A stretch of DNA of 20,000 nt from an uncultured virus (IMG/VR IMGVR_UViG_3300033153_002864) (IMGVR_UViG_3300033153_002864); one strand, 5' to 3'; positions 1-8,539 are shown, numbered from the stretch's first letter. Numbers and translations: made by a program. The notes: generated by a model from the letters alone, not told the origin.

Positions 1-148
1 TCGAGCTAAGATTGCTGATAAAGCATCAGCTACGGCTAAAAAAAGCGGTAGCACTCAAGATAAGGCAATAAAAAAACAAGCTATTGCACGTAAAAGGTCA
101 AGTCCTAAACAAAGAAAGCAGATAGCAACTTATAAAAATACATTTTAA
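1..148 (+). CDS. Partial CDS (3' end), Lys/Ala-rich basic C-terminus, unknown function
   Basis: Open frame from base 2 (RAKIADKASATAKKSG...KNTF*). Its TAA at 146-148 overlaps the next ATG (TAATG coupling). Confidence 0.7.
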   Translation, partial: RAKIADKASATAKKSGSTQDKAIKKQAIARKRSSPKQRKQIATYKNTF

Positions 149-384
149 TGAGTTTTTGGTCAGATCAGTTTAGGGAAAAGCCAAAAGGTAAATTTTCCTC
201 AAAGAAACTTTGGGGGTTTATTGTTATGCTACTTGTTTGTGTTTCATACATTTTAGCTGGATTTTCTTTTTATACTGCTAATGAAGAATTGTTTAATTCA
301 ATGTTGATAGCGGGAACTACTTTGCTTGGTCTTAGAATATTAGGGGAAACTTTTAAAAAAGGAAATAAAGATGCCAGTAAGTAA
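148..384 (+). CDS. Putative holin (small 2-TM membrane protein)
   Basis: 78 aa with two hydrophobic segments (LWGFIVMLLVCVSYILAGFSF; SMLIAGTTLLGLRIL) and a basic C-tail. It lies upstream of spanin-like genes. Confidence 0.55.
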   Translation: MSFWSDQFREKPKGKFSSKKLWGFIVMLLVCVSYILAGFSFYTANEELFNSMLIAGTTLLGLRILGETFKKGNKDASK

Positions 385-679
385 TCGAATAGTTATATGG
401 GCTTTAGTGGGGATTCTTTCGTTAGGATCTATATCTAGTATATTTTCTAATATAAGAGATACATTCTTTCCACAAGAAAAAACGTATAGCCTCGAAGCAG
501 TTCAATTGATGTTAAAGCACGACAGGTTAAAGCAAGAGATTAAAGACTTGCAAATAGAAAATGAAATAATAGAAAAGGATAATGAAAGAATTACGCACAA
601 TATTAGTTCCGATAGTGCTACTGTTTATAATAGTAGCAGGGCATACAGAGACAGCTTACGGGCAGAATTGTTTAGATAA
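371..679 (+). CDS. Putative inner-membrane spanin-like protein (N-terminal TM plus coiled coil)
   Basis: N-terminal hydrophobic anchor followed by a heptad-rich segment (LKQEIKDLQIENEIIEKDNERI). Follows the holin-like gene. Confidence 0.45.
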   Translation: MPVSNRIVIWALVGILSLGSISSIFSNIRDTFFPQEKTYSLEAVQLMLKHDRLKQEIKDLQIENEIIEKDNERITHNISSDSATVYNSSRAYRDSLRAELFR

Positions 680-971
680 CGATTCACTTATCCATTACAC
701 TATTGAAATGGATAAAAAATGTCTTACTTGTCTTATAAACTCGCCAAAGAAAGATAGCCTTATTCAAAATAGTGCTATTCAAATCTATAATTTAAAAGAA
801 GCTTTTAAGAAAATGCAAGTCATTCAAGATGATGATGAGCAAACTAAAGCTAAATTAAATGAAGAAAATCAAAAAATTAATTTACATTTGACCAAAGCAA
901 GACGTAATGTAAAGATTTTTGGTGTCGGAGGTATTGTTATTGGCGTTGTTGCCGTTTTATTGTTAAAGTAA
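582..971 (+). CDS. Exported protein with signal peptide, coiled coil and C-terminal TM; possible spanin partner
   Basis: Signal peptide ending AYG-Q, coiled coil, and C-terminal IFGVGGIVIGVVAVLLLK. Overlaps the previous gene by 98 nt. Confidence 0.45.
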   Translation: MKELRTILVPIVLLFIIVAGHTETAYGQNCLDNDSLIHYTIEMDKKCLTCLINSPKKDSLIQNSAIQIYNLKEAFKKMQVIQDDDEQTKAKLNEENQKINLHLTKARRNVKIFGVGGIVIGVVAVLLLK

Positions 972-976
972 ATGTT

Positions 977-1213
977 ATGGGTTATCAGGAAGTAGAAATA
1001 GAGGTTATAGGTCACGAAGGTAAAGTTCACACTCAGTATATGAATATTCATAATATCAATTATTATAGACCTTTTATAGAGAGTTCTGAAAAGATGGGCC
1101 ATAAGCCAAAGATTATGACAATGGTTTATTTCAAAGGTTCTGTAAAGGCAATGCATGTAAATTGTTCATGTGAGATTTTCCAACAAAAGATAAAAGAAAT
1201 ACAAGAAAATTAA
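977..1213 (+). CDS. Hypothetical protein
   Basis: 78-aa ORF starting 5 nt after the previous stop and ending before the terminator. Confidence 0.7.
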   Translation: MGYQEVEIEVIGHEGKVHTQYMNIHNINYYRPFIESSEKMGHKPKIMTMVYFKGSVKAMHVNCSCEIFQQKIKEIQEN

Positions 1214-1249
1214 GATACAACTTCTACCTTCCCTGGTGTAAGTCAAAAG

Positions 1250-1284
1250 AAAAAGAGCAACCCTTAATTGGATTGCTCTTTTTT
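1250..1284. terminator. Bidirectional intrinsic terminator
   Basis: AAAAAGAGCAACCC-TTAATT-GGATTGCTCTTTTTT inverted repeat with T tracts on both strands, at the convergence of the + and - gene blocks. Confidence 0.8.
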
Positions 1285-1455
1285 GATTATACTACATAAT
1301 TCATAGTTTTCTTTACGCATTTCAAAATGCTCTTTTATGCTTGTAATTAATAGATGTCGCTTTGGTCTACCTTGGAATTTGGTTTTGTAACCTTGACTAT
1401 CTATAAAATAAGCACTAAAATTTACTTCATCGTATGATATTATTACTTCAATCAT
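1264..1455 (-). CDS. Hypothetical protein
   Basis: 63 aa. ATG overlaps the upstream TGA (ATGA). Confidence 0.7.
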   Translation of the reverse strand: MIEVIISYDEVNFSAYFIDSQGYKTKFQGRPKRHLLITSIKEHFEMRKENYELCSIIKKEQSN

Positions 1456-1622
1456 TCGTTAAATTTAATTAATGGTCTCATGGTATATTTATATCCAGTT
1501 GATTTATCCTCTATAGTTACAAACTTAAGAAATACTTCACCACAATACATACACACTTTGTCTTGACCTACTTGCCTTACGAAGTGATGTGAATTACAAC
1601 CTATTGGTTTATGTCTTTTCAT
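1452..1622 (-). CDS. Small putative Zn-binding protein, 56 aa (not in ORF track)
   Basis: Manual translation MKRHKPIGCNSHHFVRQVGQDKVCMYCGEVFLK...KFNE*. Contains CxxH...CxxC, with ATGA overlaps at both ends. Confidence 0.7.
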   Translation of the reverse strand: MKRHKPIGCNSHHFVRQVGQDKVCMYCGEVFLKFVTIEDKSTGYKYTMRPLIKFNE

Positions 1623-1789
1623 GCTTCTGGGTATAAATGTGAGTGTAATTTATATACAACTTTACCGTTGTCTATTTCATAAATCCAACACGAATGCTCT
1701 TCATCAATAACCATTTTTTTCATTGGTAATTTATGTATGAGTTTAGCTGGACCTCTTTCTTCTATTTGTTTTGTTTCGTTCCAGTTCAT
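1619..1789 (-). CDS. Hypothetical protein, 56 aa (not in ORF track)
   Basis: Manual translation MNWNETKQIEERGPAKLIHK...LYPEA*. ATGA overlaps at both ends. Confidence 0.7.
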   Translation of the reverse strand: MNWNETKQIEERGPAKLIHKLPMKKMVIDEEHSCWIYEIDNGKVVYKLHSHLYPEA

Positions 1790-2031
1790 AGTTTTTTGAA
1801 TTTACGACTTCCTTTTCTGATTTCATCTATTTTATTCTTTACCTCTTCCCTTGTGTAATCTCCCTCATCAAATGATAATGTTAGAATAGGGCTTGCTTTA
1901 TCTCTTTGTTCAATCTTTAAGTTTTTGATATTAGGAAACTCAAACTTAACTAATGAATACATCATTCTTTTTACAGTTTGACAGTAATTCATTTCCATAA
2001 AGTCTACAATCTCTTTATTTTCTTGATTCAT
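1786..2031 (-). CDS. Hypothetical protein
   Basis: 81-aa ORF in a tightly coupled gene chain. Confidence 0.7.
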   Translation of the reverse strand: MNQENKEIVDFMEMNYCQTVKRMMYSLVKFEFPNIKNLKIEQRDKASPILTLSFDEGDYTREEVKNKIDEIRKGSRKFKKL

Positions 2032-2191
2032 AAGTTCTAGGTTTAGGGTAACTATTACGATACATTTCTTGTATCTCTTTTTCTATTTTAGCCATTAGTA
2101 TATTATACATATAAAAATAGGCTCTACGTTGCCTATCTACCTCAAATTGAGGCTCTGGCTTCCAAATAACTGGTAAATATTTTAGTTTCAT
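2015..2191 (-). CDS. Hypothetical protein, 58 aa (start revised to MKLKYLP)
   Basis: ATG at 2191 overlaps the TGA of the upstream ORF. Confidence 0.6.
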   Translation of the reverse strand: MKLKYLPVIWKPEPQFEVDRQRRAYFYMYNILMAKIEKEIQEMYRNSYPKPRTYESRK

Positions 2192-2358
2192 AATATAGTT
2201 TTTAAAAATTTCTTTCTTTCTTCCCATGATTCCATTTCGCAAGCTTTAAGATAATTCGGTATAGAAATATACCCTCTATTAACTAAAAAATCAAGTAATT
2301 GCTTTGGTGTAAATTTCTTTTCTTCCACCCAAGATGTAGGTAATTCGCTAAATTTCAT
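2188..2358 (-). CDS. Hypothetical protein, 56 aa (start revised to MKFSELP)
   Basis: ATG at 2358 follows an A/T-rich leader downstream of repeat copy 1. Confidence 0.6.
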   Translation of the reverse strand: MKFSELPTSWVEEKKFTPKQLLDFLVNRGYISIPNYLKACEMESWEERKKFLKTIL

Positions 2359-2383
2359 AATTATAAGTTTTAGTTTAAATAAC

Positions 2384-2405
2384 AAAGAGCCCCGAAGGAC
2401 TCTTT
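2384..2405 (-). repeat. GGCTCT hairpin element, copy 1
   Basis: mRNA AAAGAGUCC-UUCG-GGGCUCUUU, with a cUUCGg tetraloop and a U-G pair. Confidence 0.9.
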
Positions 2406-2412
2406 ATTGTTT

Positions 2413-2499
2413 TTAATCTTCAGGACGATTATAAATCCAAATACGCCATAGTAAGCATGTAAATAATACCCAAAATATTATAACTAATGTAACTATCAT
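2413..2499 (-). CDS. 28-aa single-TM peptide (not in ORF track)
   Basis: MIVTLVIIFWVLFTCLLWRIWIYNRPED*. ATG overlaps the nuclease TGA. Confidence 0.55.
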   Translation of the reverse strand: MIVTLVIIFWVLFTCLLWRIWIYNRPED

Positions 2500-3356
2500 A
2501 TACTTCCCATTTCAAGGAAACTATCAATCTTATCAGGATGCTCAATAAAATGCTTCTTATACATCTCTAAGCCTAGCTGATACTTTTTCCTTCCTTCTTC
2601 TCTAGAGTCAGGAGAAAGTTCAGCTAAACACACCGTATAAGGATAAGTCTTTTCTTGAACTAAAAACCAAAATGTATCTACTCCAGCTACATCACAATAA
2701 AATGCTCCTTGTCTATCATAATGATAGTTACGAACAGATTTTGCAAAATTAAATAACGTTGCCGGATCCCTACTTGTTTTATAATCAAGAATAAAATTAC
2801 CAGTATTGATTGCATCTACTTTAATTTTACAAGGAACACCAAGTAAAGTCTTTTGGTAAATTACTTCACGTTTCTTAGCAGAATCAATTAAATCACGTAC
2901 TTGTGGATAGCTCCTAGCTTTATCAACCATATCTTGAAGTGTTTGCATATCATCTAATGAAAGAAGTGCTCTATGCTTATTATCCTCCATTAATGGCTCA
3001 ATCCACTCTTTGTATTTTTTGGTAGTTCTTGGGCGAGCTCCACCTATTTCTTCACACTTCTCAGTATCATCTATTGCATAGTAACGAGAATTAAATGCTT
3101 CTGGTTCTAATAACAAACAATGTGCTGCTCTACCGAATATAAACGCATCAGTATCTTTTTGTCCTCTTTGGTAATAAGCTTTTAAGGTTTGTGGACCACC
3201 TCTTAATATTTGTCCTAACTGACTATTTGATACGAATTTCTTATCGGCATAATACCAATCATCATCTTTATCAATGATGTTTCCTTCGTTTTTGTCATAG
3301 GTTTCTTGCATTTTCATGAAGTCTTCTGCTTCATTACTTGGTACCATTTGATTCAT
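2496..3356 (-). CDS. PD-(D/E)XK exonuclease, RecE/ExoVIII-like (DUF3799 type)
   Basis: Motifs SNSQL, FGRAAHCLLLEP, KIKVD, ILDYKT and YDRQGAFY. Confidence 0.85.
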   Translation of the reverse strand: MNQMVPSNEAEDFMKMQETYDKNEGNIIDKDDDWYYADKKFVSNSQLGQILRGGPQTLKAYYQRGQKDTDAFIFGRAAHCLLLEPEAFNSRYYAIDDTEKCEEIGGARPRTTKKYKEWIEPLMEDNKHRALLSLDDMQTLQDMVDKARSYPQVRDLIDSAKKREVIYQKTLLGVPCKIKVDAINTGNFILDYKTSRDPATLFNFAKSVRNYHYDRQGAFYCDVAGVDTFWFLVQEKTYPYTVCLAELSPDSREEGRKKYQLGLEMYKKHFIEHPDKIDSFLEMGSI

Positions 3357-3359
3357 AAT

Positions 3360-3716
3360 TTATCGTTTTTTAGGTTTCATGAATTTTTTTGTCTTTTTAG
3401 GTTCTATTGCTTTCCATTCGGGTTCACCGTATAGTCTCCAATCATAACCTCTTGTTAAGGCAAATTTGACAAATTCAATAATATCTATTTTGTAAATATC
3501 TTTCTTTAGAGGTATTCTTACCCCATTTCTTTTTACTAATTCAATATCAATAGTTTCTGAATATCCAAATTTTGAGTATTTATATTTAACCCATAGTCTT
3601 TTTATTTCGCTAGGTTTTTCATTAAATAATATAATACCTTTTAGCCCATTATCGTCTTTCCAGTAGCTTCTATTGCTATATCGAATTAATAAATTCGCGT
3701 AAAGTTCTTGGTCCAA
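3360..3716 (-). CDS. Hypothetical protein (start uncertain)
   Basis: 118-aa ORF with a TTG start, filling the gap between two nucleases. Confidence 0.6.
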   Translation of the reverse strand: MDQELYANLLIRYSNRSYWKDDNGLKGIILFNEKPSEIKRLWVKYKYSKFGYSETIDIELVKRNGVRIPLKKDIYKIDIIEFVKFALTRGYDWRLYGEPEWKAIEPKKTKKFMKPKKR

Positions 3717-4251
3717 TTGGTTTTGTTTTAGTTCCGTAATTAATTTTACGTGGTTTAAAAGTTTTGTCGGTCATTAAATACCGATCTGGAGTAAATGTTT
3801 TATTGAAAATTGAAGGTAGTTTGATTAGGTTGATGAAGACTTTGTGTTTTTCGTAAACAAATTTGATGTTGTTTCTTGCTAGTCTTGTCATATTACCCAT
3901 ATCAAAAGTACCTTTAGTTTCTACTATAGATACTAGTTCTGGTAATTGACAGATAAATGGAGTTGCAATCTTTCCTTTTGCTCCATTTAATTTAGATACG
4001 AATATTCCAATAGCTTTTTCTTCCCAATAGATAATGAAATCAGGAGTGTAAGAACTACCGTTTAGTATTGTCTGTTCTAATACCTTGTCCTCAACTCTTT
4101 TCATCGGCTTGATGTAAGTATTGATTATTGGACTAGTCATCTCATACGAAGCTTCATTTCGTTCCCAATGATTTACATATCCTTTATCTTTTAATTGGTC
4201 TAAATACCAGGAGAAATATAATTCCTCATTTGAATCGAAGTTATTTTTCAT
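3676..4251 (-). CDS. PD-(D/E)XK endonuclease (DUF1064/resolvase-like)
   Basis: Motifs FDSNEE, YTPDF and VETKG. ATG at 4251 preferred over TTG at 4260. Confidence 0.7.
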   Translation of the reverse strand: MKNNFDSNEELYFSWYLDQLKDKGYVNHWERNEASYEMTSPIINTYIKPMKRVEDKVLEQTILNGSSYTPDFIIYWEEKAIGIFVSKLNGAKGKIATPFICQLPELVSIVETKGTFDMGNMTRLARNNIKFVYEKHKVFINLIKLPSIFNKTFTPDRYLMTDKTFKPRKINYGTKTKPIGPRTLREFINSI

Positions 4252-4462
4252 ATTTCTCAACGTGTTTTTTAAGTGAATTGTGATATTGTTGACAGCTTGT
4301 ACAGTCTGGATTACTACATAAATTTAAGTCTAGTGTTGATCTTTGTACGATGCCTTTTGTTAAACATCCTTGCATCACTATAAACTCTCTATCAGTGTCT
4401 GGCTTTAGCTCTGCCATAAACTTTTGAAGTTTCTCTATATCTAAGCCTTTGTATTCGCTCAT
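4241..4462 (-). CDS. Small Cys-containing hypothetical protein (start revised to MSEYKG)
   Basis: CSNPDCTSC motif. ATG at 4462 overlaps the TGA of the upstream ORF. Confidence 0.65.
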   Translation of the reverse strand: MSEYKGLDIEKLQKFMAELKPDTDREFIVMQGCLTKGIVQRSTLDLNLCSNPDCTSCQQYHNSLKKHVEKYEK

Positions 4463-4620
4463 CCTTCTACCTCCACCCAATTTTTAATATCATACTTTCC
4501 GTACTTCTTTTCCAATACAGTATTTATTTTAGCTTTAGCCCAATCTGCAGGAACTTTAAGGATAACTTGTTTCCAGTTATCCCAATTCATTGTTACTTTA
4601 ATCGTTTTTAAATCACTCAT
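4459..4620 (-). CDS. Hypothetical protein, 53 aa (not in ORF track)
   Basis: MSDLKTIKVTMNWDNWKQVILKVPADW...VEVEG*. Starts 22 nt after the motif of repeat copy 2. Confidence 0.7.
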   Translation of the reverse strand: MSDLKTIKVTMNWDNWKQVILKVPADWAKAKINTVLEKKYGKYDIKNWVEVEG

Positions 4621-4641
4621 AATATAATTTTAAATTAAACA

Positions 4642-4661
4642 GAGAGCCACAAAGGACTCTC
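4642..4661 (-). repeat. GGCTCT hairpin element, copy 2
   Basis: mRNA GAGAGUC-CUUUGU-GGCUCUC. Confidence 0.9.
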
Positions 4662-4673
4662 CATTAAAATTAA

Positions 4674-5420
4674 TTACTGTTCTATTACTACTGCGAAGTC
4701 TTTGATCAACTCGATTTCCTCGTCAATTCTCTTATCAACAGCTTCTTCAATCATATCGGCAGCATCAACGCTTTCCAAATAACATCTAAGACCATTGTAA
4801 TCAGAACCTTCAATTAAAACATTAACCTCGAATTTTGATTTCTCTTCACCTTCAAGTAATGGGAGAACTAAAGTAAATTTTTCTGGAACATTACTTTCTA
4901 AAGTTTGCTCAAAAGAACCTTTTACATTACCCCTATTGTCATCCTCAGCTTCAATGCTTTGCTTTAACTTAGCTTTGATTTGTCTAAGAGCGTTAACAAT
5001 AGATGCATGTTCGGCTTTACTTTCAAATATGCTCCTCATAAATTTCAACTTCTTAGATAACTCCATTGGAGTATATACCTTCTCTGAATTATTAATTCCA
5101 AGAGCTGTAAATTTAGAGCCTACTTTGATTGTACCAATGATTTCATAATTCCCATGAACATATTGCTCATTAAGAATTAAATTAATCCTCTTATTTTCCC
5201 TATTAACAACGCAATAAGATTTATTCTTTTCAAAATCTTCATTACGATCTTTAATAAATTTACTAGGAGAAGAAATTATTCCAGAAATACTAACATTGTC
5301 TGGATGATGCAAAGTCATTGCTGAACCTTTACGTATAACCACTTCCTTTACTCCTTCTAATACTAATTCTTCAACATGAACTACTTCCTTATCTTTATCT
5401 TTGTTTTCTTGATTATCCAT
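4674..5420 (-). CDS. Conserved phage protein, DUF2303/YfdQ-like
   Basis: 248 aa. C-terminal VPEKFTLVLPLLEG resembles the DUF2303 C-terminal pattern as I recall it. Confidence 0.45.
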   Translation of the reverse strand: MDNQENKDKDKEVVHVEELVLEGVKEVVIRKGSAMTLHHPDNVSISGIISSPSKFIKDRNEDFEKNKSYCVVNRENKRINLILNEQYVHGNYEIIGTIKVGSKFTALGINNSEKVYTPMELSKKLKFMRSIFESKAEHASIVNALRQIKAKLKQSIEAEDDNRGNVKGSFEQTLESNVPEKFTLVLPLLEGEEKSKFEVNVLIEGSDYNGLRCYLESVDAADMIEEAVDKRIDEEIELIKDFAVVIEQ

Positions 5421-5874
5421 TTACCGCCTCCTTATTAAGTGTTCTTATTTTTGCTTGGCGTTCAGTAGGTCTTATTGGTCTACTTTCAATACACTCAGCA
5501 TTTTCATCAAATACATACATAAATCCATTCTCTTGGTCATCTACGTAATACAAAGTTCCATTACGAAATTCAGACTTATGTTTAATTGCAGAGAGAAGTT
5601 CTTTCTTATCAATGTTAGGTTCTTTTAACCTTTCCTTGAAAACATCAACAGCTTCCTTCTTTTCAACTTCAATTGTATCGATACTGATACAAACATCTGA
5701 AAGCTCAGCTCGTTTAGCAGTTACTTCTTCATCTTTTAGGATTTTGGTATATCCATCCTCTTTTACATCATAGGCAAGACTCTCTAAAGTGTCTCTTCTT
5801 GAGTTTAACGGTTGTTGGGCTATATCTTCTTGATATACATCTCCGACTTCAAATTCACGTTTCTTTTCTGACAT
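5413..5874 (-). CDS. Hypothetical acidic coiled-coil protein, coupled to the DUF2303-like gene
   Basis: 153 aa, with an 8-nt overlap with the downstream gene. Confidence 0.7.
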   Translation of the reverse strand: MSEKKREFEVGDVYQEDIAQQPLNSRRDTLESLAYDVKEDGYTKILKDEEVTAKRAELSDVCISIDTIEVEKKEAVDVFKERLKEPNIDKKELLSAIKHKSEFRNGTLYYVDDQENGFMYVFDENAECIESRPIRPTERQAKIRTLNKEAVNG

Positions 5875-5900
5875 GATTTTTATTTAGGTTAATAATTAAT

Positions 5901-6314
5901 TTACTTTTTTTGCATCTTAAGAACTATGTCCAATCCACTAATGTCTAGAGTCTTGTCCATTTTATCTCCAAACATATTGTTATAGTCATCAAGCATTATA
6001 ATTGCTCTATTAAGTGCTCCTAACAATACATCATTAGATTTGGCACTTTCCAATATTTGAAGGTGTTCAAAGATAGTTTCTATATCATAACAATAAACGA
6101 AAACTTTACTAAAGCAATCACCATCATACATGACATATACTTTGTTTATTATAAATCCTTGCTTAATAGCTATTCTATTAATTTCTCTTTCAATCTCAAA
6201 TTCTATAGGCTCTTGATTTCCTGGCATTGAGAATTTAAACTTAATAAGTCCAACAATTTTTTCTTCCTTAAATTTCTTTAGTAATGGCTCTATTACTGGT
6301 TTTAAATTTTTCAT
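5901..6314 (-). CDS. Hypothetical protein
   Basis: 137-aa ORF, TAATG-coupled to the upstream small ORF. Confidence 0.7.
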   Translation of the reverse strand: MKNLKPVIEPLLKKFKEEKIVGLIKFKFSMPGNQEPIEFEIEREINRIAIKQGFIINKVYVMYDGDCFSKVFVYCYDIETIFEHLQILESAKSNDVLLGALNRAIIMLDDYNNMFGDKMDKTLDISGLDIVLKMQKK

Positions 6315-6424
6315 TAGTTATCTTTTGATATGAATAATTGATTCATTTTATGTTCAAATTCAATGAACAAAAGTTCTATTTCAAGACATCCTACTTCAAT
6401 AATATCTTCTGTTTCCTGATTCAT
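6314..6424 (-). CDS. 36-aa acidic peptide (not in ORF track)
   Basis: MNQETEDIIEVGCLEIELLFIEFEHKMNQLFISKDN*. ATGA and TAATG overlaps fill the gap exactly. Confidence 0.55.
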   Translation of the reverse strand: MNQETEDIIEVGCLEIELLFIEFEHKMNQLFISKDN

Positions 6425-6783
6425 GTCGTAGTTCCTCCAGATAATAATTCTGCATGCAACCATTTAAGTTGAACACTCATTTGAATATGAACTTTTTCAG
6501 AAGCTTCAATAAGTCTTCGTAACATATACAATTCAGGATGTTTTACATTAGCTGTATTTGTTGCTGCATTAACTTTTTCTCCTTGATTTCTTAATGAGTA
6601 AATAGTAGATTCAAAAGCGTTATGTGCCTGAGCTCTATATTTTTCTAAAAAGAACATATTTGAAGCAAGGGCATTTCCCATTGTCAAAAGTCCTTCAGGA
6701 TGATGGTCTTCGGTATCATTAAATTCTTCAATTATTGAAGTTACCTTTTCCACAATTTCATTCATTTTTATCGCATCTGTCAT
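6421..6783 (-). CDS. Hypothetical alpha-helical protein
   Basis: 120-aa ORF following repeat copy 3. Confidence 0.75.
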   Translation of the reverse strand: MTDAIKMNEIVEKVTSIIEEFNDTEDHHPEGLLTMGNALASNMFFLEKYRAQAHNAFESTIYSLRNQGEKVNAATNTANVKHPELYMLRRLIEASEKVHIQMSVQLKWLHAELLSGGTTT

Positions 6784-6800
6784 AAGCTATGATTTTAAAT

Positions 6801-6829
6801 TACAGAGAGCCACTAAGTGACTCTCTGTA
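6801..6829 (-). repeat. GGCTCT hairpin element, copy 3
   Basis: mRNA UACAGAGAGUCAC-UUA-GUGGCUCUCUGUA, 13 bp with one U-G. Confidence 0.9.
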
Positions 6830-6835
6830 TTCTTT

Positions 6836-7489
6836 TTAAAATGGTAAATCATCAACTGGTCCTGCAGGCGGTTGAGTTGCTGCGGGCATTTCATTATTCG
6901 CTGATGCATCAGCTTGAGCAACTGGTGCTACTGGTGCAACTACTTGAGGATTATCTCTATTCCACTTTTCTAACTCTGCAGCTAATTTAATTTGACCTTT
7001 TTCATCTAAATTACTTCTCAAGTAAGATTGATTTCCTTTAATTTCTCCATCAGCTGGAGCACTAAAAGAATATTCTACTTTGGTTCTAATCTCAGGCTTA
7101 TTGTTATTATTACCATCAACACCAATGTATTCAACTTCCTTGAATAAAGCTTTAACTTGCTTACCCATTGCAGATTTAATAGTATTCTCTCCTCCTAAAG
7201 CCCAATCAGCTCCCGCATTTGAAAATAACTCTTTAATCCTTTTTAACTTCCATTCTTTAGAGCCGTCACTATCTGTTGGTCTTACTCTATATAATCTTGA
7301 ACTGTTAATGGCTTTCGCATCACTAACTGTTTCAAATGTCACTTCAATATAAGGACATCCATTAAAACTAGCATCTGTTGGAGACATTTTGTAACTCTTT
7401 AAAGTTACTAGTTCAACACACGCTTTATTTATGTAGTTACCACCTAATTCGGCTTTTTGTACATCTTTCATTTCATCATCAAAACTCAT
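6836..7489 (-). CDS. Putative single-stranded DNA-binding protein (DUF669-like)
   Basis: Beta-rich N-terminal domain, Pro/Ala linker and acidic DDLPF C-terminus. Directly downstream of the Sak4-like ATPase. Confidence 0.7.
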   Translation of the reverse strand: MSFDDEMKDVQKAELGGNYINKACVELVTLKSYKMSPTDASFNGCPYIEVTFETVSDAKAINSSRLYRVRPTDSDGSKEWKLKRIKELFSNAGADWALGGENTIKSAMGKQVKALFKEVEYIGVDGNNNNKPEIRTKVEYSFSAPADGEIKGNQSYLRSNLDEKGQIKLAAELEKWNRDNPQVVAPVAPVAQADASANNEMPAATQPPAGPVDDLPF

Positions 7490-7500
7490 AATATTCTTTT

Positions 7501-8223
7501 TTAGTTATTAGTTCCATTTAATTCTTCTACCGTAGGCTCTATTTCCTCTGGTGTAGGAGCTTCTGTTACAGGAGCTTCATCTTCCGCATAATATGCTTCA
7601 ATGTGTTTAATCACTTCGGCAATATCATTTGGCATTCTTAATGGTAACATATCCATAGGGGATTTGATACCAGTGTTCTCATATCCAGCTTGTTTATTAG
7701 TAACAAATTGATACTCAGAACCTTTTTCAGTTGTAATCATATCAGTATATAATACCATTACAAACTCTTTTTCAACTTGCTTTTTCAGCTTTCCTTGAAC
7801 ATATACATATCTCTCCTCTACTCCATTAGATCCTTCAATTACACCATCTATTCCTAGGAATATAATGTACTTGTCAGTTCCTTTAGATAAGCGAAGAATA
7901 CGATTGATTTCATCAGCGTAATCACTCCATATATCATAACCTGTATATGCAGCTTTAGACTTAATGTATTGATGTTCTACCATTGAGGTAAAAGATTCAA
8001 TTACTATTACTTTGGCTACTGTTGATGCTATCGCTCTTTCAAATGCAACATGAAATTCACTCATATTGGCAATAGGTACATTTAGCTTAAACTTCTGTCC
8101 TGACTTAAATGGCAGGGCTTTCTGTTCTGTGTTTAAAATGATAGTTGTTGTTGGGTCAAGATTTCTTAAAGATGTTGACTTACCAGAACCCGAAGGTCCA
8201 ACTATAAAAATGTTTGGCTTCAT
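7501..8223 (-). CDS. AAA_24/Sak4-like P-loop ATPase (recombination/annealing)
   Basis: Walker A GPSGSGKS, Walker B-like VIVIES, C-terminal KSPMDM...PND, and a neighbouring SSB-like gene. Confidence 0.8.
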   Translation of the reverse strand: MKPNIFIVGPSGSGKSTSLRNLDPTTTIILNTEQKALPFKSGQKFKLNVPIANMSEFHVAFERAIASTVAKVIVIESFTSMVEHQYIKSKAAYTGYDIWSDYADEINRILRLSKGTDKYIIFLGIDGVIEGSNGVEERYVYVQGKLKKQVEKEFVMVLYTDMITTEKGSEYQFVTNKQAGYENTGIKSPMDMLPLRMPNDIAEVIKHIEAYYAEDEAPVTEAPTPEEIEPTVEELNGTNN

Positions 8224-8227
8224 TAAA

Positions 8228-8500
8228 TTAATTTTTGAAGATTAGAAAATTGGTTCCTTGAGGATCAACAATTACATCATGTATTACTTGGTGCAATTCG
8301 ATACTACTCAAACCTGTTAATTGATTTATTCTACTTTTTTTTAACTCAGAATGTTCGCAAACTTTCTGAATTTCGTCATCACTATCTATTTTGTCAATTA
8401 CTCTATTGGTACTTAATAGATGTGGTATTAATTCACACCCTTTTTTACCGCCATATGATAGTCGGTTTATAAGGGTTATTCTGCTTTTAAGTCTAGACAT
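8228..8500 (-). CDS. Hypothetical protein (start probably MSRLKSR)
   Basis: First ATG is at 8500. The longer call runs over the predicted promoter. Confidence 0.6.
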   Translation of the reverse strand: MSRLKSRITLINRLSYGGKKGCELIPHLLSTNRVIDKIDSDDEIQKVCEHSELKKSRINQLTGLSSIELHQVIHDVIVDPQGTNFLIFKN

Positions 8501-8507
8501 AACAATA

Positions 8508-8538
8508 CAAATGTACAAAAAATACACAAATAAAACAA
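8508..8538 (-). promoter_or_regulatory. Bacteroidota sigmaA-type promoter (-33/-7)
   Basis: Minus strand TTG (8538-8536), 20-nt spacer, TACATTTG (8515-8508). Matches TTG-N19/20-TAnnTTTG and lies in an intergenic gap. Confidence 0.55.
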
Positions 8539-8539
8539 G

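Noticed and set aside
869..1156. Minus-strand 95-aa ORF
   Set aside because: It is antisense to two plus-strand genes and lies beyond the terminator.
1250..1284. Convergent terminator as an 11th repeat copy (contains AGAGC)
   Set aside because: It lacks AGAGCCnnnAAG, is not upstream of a start codon, and has proper T tracts on both strands.
4642..4661. Repeat as a sigma54 promoter (TGGCTC resembling TGGCAC)
   Set aside because: There is no TTGC -12 element at the required GG-N10-GC spacing.
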